NCBI GenBank assembly: GCA_016181465.1
Contig: JACOZG010000021.1
Coordinates: forward strand, 1 to 53,257
Length of the DNA: 53,257 nucleotides
From: Candidatus Vogelbacteria bacterium
Lineage (GTDB): Bacteria > Patescibacteriota > Minisyncoccia > Phycocordibacterales > JACOZG01
Direction: 5' to 3'
The translations under genes and the position numbers were made by a program. The notes under the pieces are model-generated. The model worked only from the letters and a program-made list of their open reading frames with translations. It was not told the origin of the DNA and made no database searches. This document shows, piece after piece, positions 37,074 to 44,353 of the stretch. Within the stretch, counting starts at the first letter, position 1; the number at the start of each line of letters is the position of its first letter.

Positions 37074-37604
37074 TTATGGTGAAGAATTGTCATGCACGAT
37101 CAATTCTATGCCGCCCGTGGTCAAAACGACGAAGTTGTCGTGCGGCTGGATCACGAAGGAGTACACGGCCCTACCCCATTCTTTGGTCTCGATCTTAAGA
37201 ATCTTGAATTCGCCAACCGCTGATCTGGCCTTGACCTTACCGGTCCGAATCCACCCCTTCTCTGAACCGCCATAGAGACGTTGGCTGGGCGAGCAAGTAA
37301 TGCTGCCGCCGCGGAGAAAAGTGATTATCCTCAACTCTGGTTCTGATCCGACATCGACACGGGTGATTTGGCCAACGACCAGTTGTTTGGCCCCATAGTC
37401 ATAACAGTAAACATGGTCATTTGTTTTGAGACCCTCAATCGCTACGCGACCAGCCGGAGTATGAACCAAAGTACCAACCGGGAAACAATTATGACCACCA
37501 CTGCTGTGGAAAGAATCAAACTTAGATCCTCCACCACCCCCAAACAACGACCCCAGAATCCACAACACAACCACTATTCCGATAATCCACCACCACATAG
37601 GCAT
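37074..37604 (-). CDS. Membrane-anchored stand-alone Hint (intein/BIL-like) domain protein
   Basis: The start is set at ATG 37604 because a TTGACA-N17-TAATCT promoter lies inside the longer ORF. It has one TM helix (WWWIIGIVVVLWILGSLF) and a Gly-rich linker. The Hint block A is CFPVGTLVHTPAGRVAIEGL, and the C-terminal blocks are NFVVLTTGGIELIVHDN|SSP. Confidence 0.7.
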   Translation of the reverse strand: MPMWWWIIGIVVVLWILGSLFGGGGGSKFDSFHSSGGHNCFPVGTLVHTPAGRVAIEGLKTNDHVYCYDYGAKQLVVGQITRVDVGSEPELRIITFLRGGSITCSPSQRLYGGSEKGWIRTGKVKARSAVGEFKILKIETKEWGRAVYSFVIQPHDNFVVLTTGGIELIVHDNSSP

Positions 37605-37650
37605 CTCCCTTTCAAAAAACCAGTAGACCGTATGTCCTAAACTACTTTTT

Positions 37651-37679
37651 AGATTACTCGCAAAGTAGCGTGGTGTCAA
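37651..37679 (-). promoter_or_regulatory. Sigma70-type promoter of the Hint-domain gene
   Basis: On the minus strand, TTGACA (37679-37674) is followed by a 17-nt spacer and TAATCT (37656-37651). Confidence 0.6.
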
Positions 37680-37886
37680 ACCAATATGACCCTAGCATCG
37701 AAAACAAAAAACTCCCCATTAGAGAAGTTCTTTGCTTGCCTCGCGTTGCCTAACGCAAAGTCGGGCAGATCGCCTGTGGATAAACTTGATTCCCATTTTC
37801 TTTTATGTATACTTAGAATGTCTTTCGGTTTTTTCGACCGGAAGGGCATAACATCCAAGAGCAACCCTCCGCGAGGAGGGTTGCTT

Positions 37887-38486
37887 TTATTTGTTTCCCC
37901 TTTCCTTGTCTAATTCTGCTCTGTGTTTCAATTCTTTTCCCCAAATCCCATCAACATTAAGAATGTCAGTGTATCCATCCGCCCCGGTCCTTAGTTCCTC
38001 AGACACATTATTCCTGGAAGAAAAAACAAAAACTCTTTTACCATGTTTCCTTAAATAAGTAATCAATGGAAGAAAATCGGAATCCCCCGTAAAGAAAACC
38101 GCCGTCCCGTATTTCTTTAGATGATGAAGTGAATCAATAGTAATTTCCACATCCATATTTCCTTTTTCTTCTACAATATTTCCTCGCTCGGTTAAGACGT
38201 TGATTCTCTTCAATTCCTTTTTTACAACAAAAATCCCCAGTCCCTTCTTAAGAAAAGTAAAGAATTTATGTTTACCATCTAAGCTGTACTTTCTTGTACC
38301 TTCTGCCGGATACGCAGTATAGTAAAACACTTTAATTGAAGTTCCATTAAACTTTTGCTTGATATATTCAGTTGTCTTAGCGTAATCCAAAAATTTACTT
38401 TTCGTTTTCTGCGCCGCCCATAAATTAGAGGCATCTATAAAAACATAAATCATACCCGCCTTTTGCTCGACCGGAGATTGTTCCAT
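37887..38486 (-). CDS. NYN-domain (LabA-like) protein, putative RNase
   Basis: Matching segments are ..VFIDASNLW.., ..KGNMDVEITIDSL.. and ..AVFFTGDSDFLPLITYLRKHGKRVFVFS... The alternative start is M12 (ATG 38453). Confidence 0.75.
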   Translation of the reverse strand: MEQSPVEQKAGMIYVFIDASNLWAAQKTKSKFLDYAKTTEYIKQKFNGTSIKVFYYTAYPAEGTRKYSLDGKHKFFTFLKKGLGIFVVKKELKRINVLTERGNIVEEKGNMDVEITIDSLHHLKKYGTAVFFTGDSDFLPLITYLRKHGKRVFVFSSRNNVSEELRTGADGYTDILNVDGIWGKELKHRAELDKERGNK

Positions 38487-38528
38487 AACATTATTAAATC
38501 ATCCAATAGGACCCAAGTCTAATTTGGT

Positions 38529-38540
38529 GGGAATCGGTCA
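38529..38540. repeat. att-like 12-mer GGGAATCGGTCA (copy c)
   Basis: Identical to 39643-39654 and 11 of 12 identical to 40941-40952. GGGAATCG is part of the tmRNA 3' end. Confidence 0.6.
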
Positions 38541-38585
38541 GGTGTTCTCCACTTGCACAATTTGGATACCGGATTTGGTTGGGAA
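38538..38585 (-). pseudogene. Remnant of a GIY-YIG gene 3' end
   Basis: The minus strand ..AAATTGTGCAAGTGGAGAACACCTGA (..QIVQVENT*) parallels the intact gene end ..AAATTGTTCGAATGGCGACGAGTGGAGAACGTCTGA (..KLFEWRRVENV*). The same att-like 12-mer follows both. Confidence 0.45.
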
Positions 38586-38620
38586 ATAAAAGAAAGACCG
38601 CCGGGCGAACCATGCGGTCT
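38584..38620 (-). terminator. Intrinsic terminator
   Basis: The minus strand reads AGACCGC-atggttcgcccg-GCGGTCT followed by TTCTTTTATTT. Confidence 0.65.
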
Positions 38621-38852
38621 TGATTAACAAAAAGGATCGGGGGTAGGACAGAGGCTTCCGCTCTAACTGGCCCGTCGGTCGAACGAGACTATGATCACTT
38701 GTCTCACGGCTCCCCGTTCTCAACTCTCCATTTTTGCCAGTCATTTCTGTGTCCTCACGCGCTGGCGCTTGTGAGTAGACGCCGAACGCCGAGCTTCTAG
38801 GAACATTAGTGTGCCCGCCCCCGACCATGGGAGATGATAACATTAAAAATGG

Positions 38853-38891
38853 CAAAAGAAAAAAGCCCCGTTGATACGATCGCTGGGGCTT
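38853..38891 (-). terminator. Intrinsic terminator after the 176-aa gene
   Basis: The minus strand reads AAGCCCC-agcgatcgtatcaac-GGGGCTT followed by TTTTTCTTTTG. Confidence 0.7.
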
Positions 38892-38957
38892 GGGATAATG
38901 AGGATTGAACGCGTTACTTCGTCTCGTTCAACTCCTTCCTCATTTGTTTTTTTCCTT

Positions 38958-39488
38958 TCACTTTCGTGCCTTGAGTTCTCTCAAGATCTCTTGCACTATT
39001 TTCTCGCTCTCGGCGCGGCGGATTTTCTCCGCTAACTCGTGGAGCTTCATCATCTCATTTAGTTTTTCGGTGATGAAAAGCGATCGGTCTAGGGGAGTAG
39101 ACATCATGACGGGCGATTCAAATCTCTCACCGATAGCAATGAGTTTTTCGATCACCAGCCAGAGCCCAAGCAGTCTGTCTTCCGCTGGCGCAATCTTTTC
39201 CAACCGCCCGCGCCGTCTTTGGACATTGTACATTGCCCGCAGGCGCCCCAACTGACCGCCATCGAGATAGAGGATGTAATCCACATCAGCCGTCTCGGTA
39301 TCCACAATCCCATTGACCACGAAGGGTAATTTGACTCCCTCCTCCTGGCCGTCCAAGGAAGCCACCAAAGTAAATTCGGTGGTGCGGGGGTTAAGGGGCC
39401 CTCGTTCACTGCGGAGACGAAGGGTATCAAACAGTTCCTCACGACTCGGTCCATTGATGATGTCGTACGACATCGGTTTGGTAGCCAT
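38958..39488 (-). CDS. Hypothetical protein (176 aa)
   Basis: A strong SD (AAGGAGGTGGCCG ATG) is present, with its own promoter, a leader of about 100 nt and two downstream hairpins. No family was recognised. It is preferred over the overlapping ORF 39152..39655. Confidence 0.65.
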   Translation of the reverse strand: MATKPMSYDIINGPSREELFDTLRLRSERGPLNPRTTEFTLVASLDGQEEGVKLPFVVNGIVDTETADVDYILYLDGGQLGRLRAMYNVQRRRGRLEKIAPAEDRLLGLWLVIEKLIAIGERFESPVMMSTPLDRSLFITEKLNEMMKLHELAEKIRRAESEKIVQEILRELKARK

Positions 39489-39596
39489 CGGCCACCTCCT
39501 TTTGAAAGAACATTCTCTTGATTAGCGGAAAAGAATCCAAACCGCGTTGCTCTGACGAGCCACCCACCCGTACAGGCAGGAATTAACACCAACTTG

Positions 39597-39625
39597 ATGC
39601 TAGCATACCAATATAAATCTGTCAA
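39597..39625 (-). promoter_or_regulatory. Sigma70-type promoter of the 176-aa gene
   Basis: On the minus strand, TTGACA (39625-39620) is followed by a 17-nt spacer and TAGCAT (39602-39597). Confidence 0.6.
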
Positions 39626-39630
39626 ATAAA

Positions 39631-39650
39631 AATGGAGATGCCGGGAATCG
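39631..39650. repeat. Exact 20-nt duplicate of the tmRNA 3' end (distal att copy)
   Basis: AATGGAGATGCCGGGAATCG is identical to 41421-41440, which covers the last 18 nt of tmRNA plus 2 nt. Confidence 0.85.
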
Positions 39651-39754
39651 GTCACACATAATTTTCTGCTGAAAATTTGCGCGACCCCGCCTCACTCGCC
39701 TCCGCTCGTTCCGGCTTTCAATTCCCGCCGACATTCCATATCCCAAACGCGCAC

Positions 39755-39782
39755 AAAAAACTACCCATTAGGGTAGTTTTTT
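39755..39782. terminator. Bidirectional terminator hairpin
   Basis: AAAAAACTACCC-atta-GGGTAGTTTTTT. Confidence 0.7.
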
Positions 39783-39791
39783 GGTGGCGTT

Positions 39792-39883
39792 GGAGCACTG
39801 TGAAGGATGTGGGAACTATGCTGGAGGGGGTTTACATCCCGGTTCTGGTATGAAAAACCCGCACCCTGTGAGTGTGCGGGTTC
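39792..39883. repeat. Conserved module R1, copy 2 (includes a minus-strand terminator hairpin)
   Basis: It aligns with 36932-37046. The minus-strand hairpin ACCCGCAC..GTGCGGGT plus TTTTTC lies directly after the 158-aa gene. Confidence 0.7.
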
Positions 39884-39908
39884 GCAAGGCGAACCATGCG
39901 GTCTAGGA

Positions 39909-40385
39909 TCAATTTTCGGATCTAGATAGAACCCGGATAATCTCGATCAAGCGGCTTTGCAAATCCTTGAAGTGTTCAATCTGCCAGTGTTGATAAAGGC
40001 CTAAGACTTGGCCAACGTTCATCGAGTCGGCGTCTACTTCAAGTCCTAAACCCTTAAAGTAGCCGCAGAAGAAATCACGCAATCTGACCCACTGCTTAGC
40101 TGCCTCGATACGATCAAGGGCATCACGGAAGCTAATCTTTCGACGCGCTGCTAATCTCGTCTCTAGACTAGTCAACTCTTCGACTCGCGCCATGATCTCC
40201 GGTTCATATCTGATAATGATCTGACCGATAGCCTCGTTAGTTCGTTCCAGAGTTTCCAAAAGTCTGATGGAAATCTCACCCTTTGCCCGGACGAACTTGC
40301 TTAATTCCTTTCTGTAGGTCCCCGGTAATTGAGAAACGATAGCCGGTAAGTTTTGCAACAGAATCTGGCGACTTGTTCTACTCAC
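39909..40385 (-). CDS. Hypothetical helical protein (158 aa)
   Basis: It has a 4-nt overlap with the upstream membrane-protein gene. No motif was recognised. Confidence 0.6.
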   Translation of the reverse strand: MSRTSRQILLQNLPAIVSQLPGTYRKELSKFVRAKGEISIRLLETLERTNEAIGQIIIRYEPEIMARVEELTSLETRLAARRKISFRDALDRIEAAKQWVRLRDFFCGYFKGLGLEVDADSMNVGQVLGLYQHWQIEHFKDLQSRLIEIIRVLSRSEN

Positions 40386-40801
40386 GGTTTCACCTCCTTA
40401 CTTTTAAGAATTTTCTCCTCCGTCTTCCACAAGAATGGAATGGAACTGAACTTAAGGGTTGTTAGAATCAACCATATCACAGCGTAAAGAGGGCAGAAGA
40501 TCGGACCTAAAATCAGAATCCAAAACCATTCGCCCCAATCGCTGCTTAACCCAATCGAAATGAAAAACCAGATCACGCCAATCACAATCAGTCCTCGCTC
40601 TGACGCGATTAGAAGTGTACACGCGTAAAGAACGATCAAAAACCAACCGGTGATTATAATTGGCGCACGGCCGGTATTCGTTTTTAGGGATGAAATGCCT
40701 TGACCGAGGATGACGAATAGACCACCTAACGCCCATAGTCCAAAAAAGTAAAGAACATACCTCAATTCCCACAGTAATTCCATCAGTTTGTCCATATCCA
40801 C
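40382..40801 (-). CDS. Hypothetical 4-TM membrane protein (139 aa)
   Basis: It has four hydrophobic helices and its own TTGACA-N17-TAGCTT promoter. It is preferred over the overlapping frame 40452..40823. Confidence 0.6.
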   Translation of the reverse strand: MDMDKLMELLWELRYVLYFFGLWALGGLFVILGQGISSLKTNTGRAPIIITGWFLIVLYACTLLIASERGLIVIGVIWFFISIGLSSDWGEWFWILILGPIFCPLYAVIWLILTTLKFSSIPFLWKTEEKILKSKEVKP

Positions 40802-40866
40802 GAGTGTTTCCTTTCTTTTCCATTCTTCCCCTTGTTTACTGATTTTTAAAGATCTGAACCTTATTC

Positions 40867-40895
40867 AAGCTATTACTCATAGTATAGGTTGTCAA
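40867..40895 (-). promoter_or_regulatory. Sigma70-type promoter of the membrane/helical gene pair
   Basis: On the minus strand, TTGACA (40895-40890) is followed by a 17-nt spacer and TAGCTT (40872-40867). Confidence 0.55.
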
Positions 40896-40940
40896 TGGCC
40901 TGGGCCGGCAAGGGAAACTTAAGCATTATAATTGTGCATC

Positions 40941-40952
40941 GGGGATCGGTCA
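40941..40952. repeat. att-like 12-mer GGGGATCGGTCA (copy d) at the GIY-YIG stop codon
   Basis: 11 of 12 positions are identical to copies at 38529 and 39643. The TCA is the reverse complement of the GIY-YIG stop codon. Confidence 0.55.
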
Positions 40953-41261
40953 GACGTTCTCCACTCGTCGCCATTCGAACAATTTGGTAACTAGACCTTT
41001 TTGGTATTTATTAATCAAGTTTTCTTTCTTTTCCCGTCGCCATTTTTTGATTTGAATTTCTCTTTGGCGGGCTTCGGTTAATGTTGAATATTCCTCCAGA
41101 AATACGATTTTGAAATCCGGTTTGGATTTGGTGAACCTCGCGCCCCGTCTAGAGTTGTGGAAACCAACACGCTCTTCTGGATTCTCACTTATGCCAACAT
41201 ACAATTTGTTGGCGGAATTTTTAATCATGTAGACGAAGGGCATGAATAAATTATCTCTCAA
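40950..41261 (-). CDS. Short GIY-YIG nuclease family protein (YhbQ/URI-only type)
   Basis: About 100 aa with ..FVYMIKNSANKLYVGIS.NPEERV..HN......FT.......IV..E.......A...E.QIK.W.R.KK..LI. The alternative start is ATG 41243. Confidence 0.8.
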   Translation of the reverse strand: MRDNLFMPFVYMIKNSANKLYVGISENPEERVGFHNSRRGARFTKSKPDFKIVFLEEYSTLTEARQREIQIKKWRREKKENLINKYQKGLVTKLFEWRRVENV

Positions 41262-41422
41262 TTTTCATTCAAGACAAATAGCCCCTCGACTCTCGCCTGC
41301 GGTGAGCGCAGTCGAACCGCTCGGGACATTCGCCTCGTTCGCACGACAAAAACTCGATCCCTTGGTTTTGGTCGAGTGGTTTACCATGAGCGAGTCCCGA
41401 GTTTATCGAGGGGCGAGTCGAA

Positions 41423-41801
41423 TGGAGATGCCGGGAATCGAACCCGGGTGCAAGGAGGAAACAAAGGTGAGTCTACCGATCTAGCCGATTTTGAATTTTG
41501 ACCGAGAACCGTCGAAAACGGCAAAATCGCTTCTCGGCGAGTCTCTTGAGTTTCGGTTACTTAGTGAGACGCTAAATTCCCTATCCCGAAGATTATGACA
41601 CCCGTTATCCCCTATCGGAAGTCAGGAAAACGGACGCCGGTTTAAGCGTAAGCGAAAACCGGAGCAAAAGCGCGGGCGAACCCGTCCTTTACTTTAGAGA
41701 ATAAGTTGGCACTTATTCGATGGCTCGTTAGATTAGCGAGTTACGAGCGCGCTCGACCGGCACACATTTTTTTAAACTCCTTGTCTAGGCCGATCATCCC
41801 C
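41423..41801 (-). ncRNA. ssrA: tmRNA (SsrA)
   Basis: The 5' end is GGGGATGATCGGCCTAGACAAGG and the 3' end is ..GGGTTCGATTCCCGGCATCTCCA. The acceptor stem has G3:U70. An internal tag frame GCC AAC TTA ..GCT TAC GCT TAA (41710-41642) ends ..FAYA*. It lies next to smpB. Confidence 0.9.
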
Positions 41802-41828
41802 ATAAAATAGCTTGTAGCTGTTAGCTTC

Positions 41829-42272
41829 TTAGCTTTTCAAAGACCTCGCCATTTCGCGTTCGGTATCGCGCCGTTTAATCGCTTCCCGTTTATCATACTT
41901 CTTTTTGCCTCGGGCCAAAGCGATTTCTACCTTGATTCGCCGCCCCTGACTATACACCCTGACCGGGATGATTGTCAATCGTTTTTCGTTGCCGGCCGCG
42001 GCTAGTTTGACAATCTCTTTTTTGGTCAGGAGTAGCCGCCGCGTTCGGCGGGAATCATAATCAGCCGGCGTATTGGCCGACTGATAAGGCGCGATGTCGG
42101 CATTGACGAGGTAAACCTCTTGACCGCGGACAATCACATAAGCGCCGGCGAGGTTGACCCGTCCGGCTTTGATTGACTTAACCTCCAGCCCGATCAATTC
42201 CAGACCGGCTTCGAATTTATCCAGCAGTTCGTAACGGAAACCGGCCTGACGATTGTCCGCAAAAATCAGCAT
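41829..42272 (-). CDS. smpB: SsrA-binding protein
   Basis: Matching segments are ..NRQAGFRYEL...FEAGLEL.G.EVKS...G...L..AY......E.YL....I.PY and the basic C-tail. The start is set at ATG 42272 (MLIFADNRQ..). Confidence 0.92.
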   Translation of the reverse strand: MLIFADNRQAGFRYELLDKFEAGLELIGLEVKSIKAGRVNLAGAYVIVRGQEVYLVNADIAPYQSANTPADYDSRRTRRLLLTKKEIVKLAAAGNEKRLTIIPVRVYSQGRRIKVEIALARGKKKYDKREAIKRRDTEREMARSLKS

Positions 42273-42330
42273 CCAGTTAATTCTAACACACTTCCTTTTT
42301 TGCCCAATTTCTGTATATTGATCAATAATT

Positions 42331-44229
42331 ATGGAATCGCCGCGTGGTAAAATCATCAACCAATTCAGCCGCCAGATCCTGGGGACGGTTTTTATCCTGA
42401 TGCTCCTCGTCAGTCTCTACGCTTTCTGGAGCGAAGAAGCGAACAAAACGTCGGAGATTTCGCTTTCGCAGTTGGCCGGCGAGATTAAGTCAGGCGCGGT
42501 CAAAGAAGTAACGGTGCAGGGCGACAGTTTAGAAATTAGCTACCAAGACGGGACGAACAGCCGATCACAGAAAGAAGTCGAAACATCGTTGTCCGAAACC
42601 CTGACTAATTACGGCGTTACCGCTGAAGAATTGAAGACCGTCAAACTCATGATTGAGAATCCCGGCGGCCTCGGCTTCTGGTTGCTCAATCTCCTACCCT
42701 TTGCCTTGCCGATTCTTCTCATCTTGTTCTTTGTCTGGATGATCTCGCGGCAAGTCCGGGGCGCCTCGATGCAGGCCTTTTCTTTCGGCCAATCCAAAGC
42801 CAGGATCATTGATCCCAATAACCAGCAGCAGAAAATCACTTTCAAGGATGTGGCCGGGGTCAAAGAAGCCAAGGAAGAACTGTTGGAGATCGTTGATTTC
42901 TTAAAAAATCCGAAAAAGTTTCTTGACATCGGGGCCAAAATCCCGAAAGGCGTGCTCTTGATGGGCGCGCCGGGGACGGGCAAAACTTTGTTGGCCCGAG
43001 CCGTGGCCGGCGAGGCCCAGGTGCCCTTCTTTTACCTCTCGGGTTCGGAATTCGTGGAAATGTTTGTCGGCGTCGGCGCCTCGCGCGTCCGCGATCTCTT
43101 CAAACTGGCGAAGAAGGCGGCGCCGTCAATCGTCTTCATTGACGAGATTGACGCCATCGGCCGGCACCGCGGTTCCGGGCTTGGCGGCGGCAACGACGAA
43201 CGGGAACAGACTCTGAACCAGATTTTGGTTGAGCTGGACGGTTTTGAACCGAATGAAAAATTAATCGTCATGGCGGCGACCAACCGGCCGGATGTGCTCG
43301 ATCCGGCCTTGCTCCGGCCCGGACGCTTTGATCGGCGAGTGGTGCTGGATAAGCCGGACATTAAGGACCGGGAAGAGATCCTGACGATTTACGCCAAGAA
43401 AAAACCCCTGGCCGAGGATGTCAATCTTCGCACCATCGCCGAACGGACCCCGGGCTTCTCCGGCGCCGATCTGGCCAATGTGATGAACGAGGCCGCGATT
43501 TTGGCGGCCCGCGAGAATCGTCAGCGCGTCAGCCAATACGACCTCATCCGGTCGGTGGAAAAGGTGATGCTGGGGCCCGAACGGCGAAGCCATATCCTCT
43601 CGGACAAAGAAAAGAAAATCACGGCTTACCACGAGATCGGCCACGCCCTTACGGCCTCGGTCCTGCCGCATTCTGACCCGGTGCATAAAGTCTCAATCAT
43701 TTCTCGCGGTCACGCCGCCGGCTACACCTTGAAGTTGCCGACCGAGGACCGGAAGCTTCAGTCGCGAAAAGAATTTTTGGACGATATCGCGGTTTCGCTG
43801 GCCGGCTACACGGCCGAGGAAATGATCTTCGGCGACATCACCACCGGCGCCGCGAGCGATATTGCCGTGGCTACAGCCCTCGCCCGCGATATGGTGACGA
43901 AGTACGGCATGAGCGACAAACTCGGTCCGGTGGCGCTTGACCTCGGCAGCCAGAAATTCTGGGGCGGTTACGGCACTTTGGCCGAGAAGTACTCATCCGA
44001 GGCCGTGTCAGCGGCGGTGGATCAAGAGGTAAGCCAAATAATGAACGAGGCTCGGGCGCGGGCCAAACAAATTTTGACTAACCAACGGGCGGCCCTTGAT
44101 GGTTTAGCCGCCGAACTGGTGCGTCTGGAAACGATCGAGCGCGAGGAGTTTGAAAAACTGCTGCTACTCCACGGCATCCAGCCGAAACTAAAGACCGAGG
44201 AGGCAAAGATCACGCCGCCGGGCATGTAG
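42331..44229 (+). CDS. ftsH: ATP-dependent zinc metalloprotease FtsH
   Basis: It has two N-terminal TM helices, AAA+ Walker A GAPGTGKT, Walker [10 protein letters not shown], an SRH segment and the zinc site HEIGHAL. Confidence 0.97.
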   Translation: MESPRGKIINQFSRQILGTVFILMLLVSLYAFWSEEANKTSEISLSQLAGEIKSGAVKEVTVQGDSLEISYQDGTNSRSQKEVETSLSETLTNYGVTAEELKTVKLMIENPGGLGFWLLNLLPFALPILLILFFVWMISRQVRGASMQAFSFGQSKARIIDPNNQQQKITFKDVAGVKEAKEELLEIVDFLKNPKKFLDIGAKIPKGVLLMGAPGTGKTLLARAVAGEAQVPFFYLSGSEFVEMFVGVGASRVRDLFKLAKKAAPSIVFIDEIDAIGRHRGSGLGGGNDEREQTLNQILVELDGFEPNEKLIVMAATNRPDVLDPALLRPGRFDRRVVLDKPDIKDREEILTIYAKKKPLAEDVNLRTIAERTPGFSGADLANVMNEAAILAARENRQRVSQYDLIRSVEKVMLGPERRSHILSDKEKKITAYHEIGHALTASVLPHSDPVHKVSIISRGHAAGYTLKLPTEDRKLQSRKEFLDDIAVSLAGYTAEEMIFGDITTGAASDIAVATALARDMVTKYGMSDKLGPVALDLGSQKFWGGYGTLAEKYSSEAVSAAVDQEVSQIMNEARARAKQILTNQRAALDGLAAELVRLETIEREEFEKLLLLHGIQPKLKTEEAKITPPGM

Positions 44230-44291
44230 CTCAACGGCAGAGCAAGCGTCTTATACACGCTAGGTTCTTGGTTCAAATCCAAGCATGCCCA
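44220..44291 (+). tRNA. tRNA-Ile (anticodon UAU)
   Basis: GGGCATG-TA-GCTCAACGGCAGAGC-A-AGCGT-CTTATAC-ACGCT-AGGTT-CTTGG-TTCAAAT-CCAAG-CATGCCC-A. Loop positions 34-36 are TAT. The gene begins within the last codons of ftsH. Confidence 0.8.
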
Positions 44292-44353
44292 TTGTTGTTT
44301 AATTTATGTTACAATTGAGAAATAGGGTTTATTAGAATTAGAAAAAATGAATT

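Larger units (their letters stand above)
39651..41420. mobile_element. 1.77-kb insert bounded by the tmRNA 3' end and its exact 20-nt duplicate (integrase-less islet)
   Basis: The direct repeats are at 39631-39650 and 41421-41440. The content is the GIY-YIG gene, the 4-TM gene and the 158-aa gene, and it is AT-richer than the flanks. No integrase is visible. Confidence 0.55.

Noticed and set aside
37676-37913. Small ORFs 37676..37864 (-) and 37686..37913 (+) between the Hint and NYN genes
   Set aside because: Neither has an SD or a motif. The region is better explained by the Hint promoter, a terminator and a possible sRNA.
38538-38855. 105-aa minus-strand ORF
   Set aside because: The predicted protein is low-complexity. 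The ORF spans an intrinsic terminator and ends in a GIY-YIG remnant. It is treated as non-coding or decayed DNA.
39152-39655. 167-aa minus-strand ORF starting at a GTG inside the att duplicate
   Set aside because: It overlaps, out of frame, the 176-aa gene that has a strong SD. It would also begin upstream of that gene's promoter.
36157-41420. Naming the tmRNA-adjacent cassettes as a specific known defence system (for example a retron-type PRTase effector or a NYN-based system)
   Set aside because: No reverse transcriptase, ncRNA template, ATPase or other signature partner is visible. The PRTase, NYN and Hint genes are separately promoted and terminated, so linkage into one system is unsupported.
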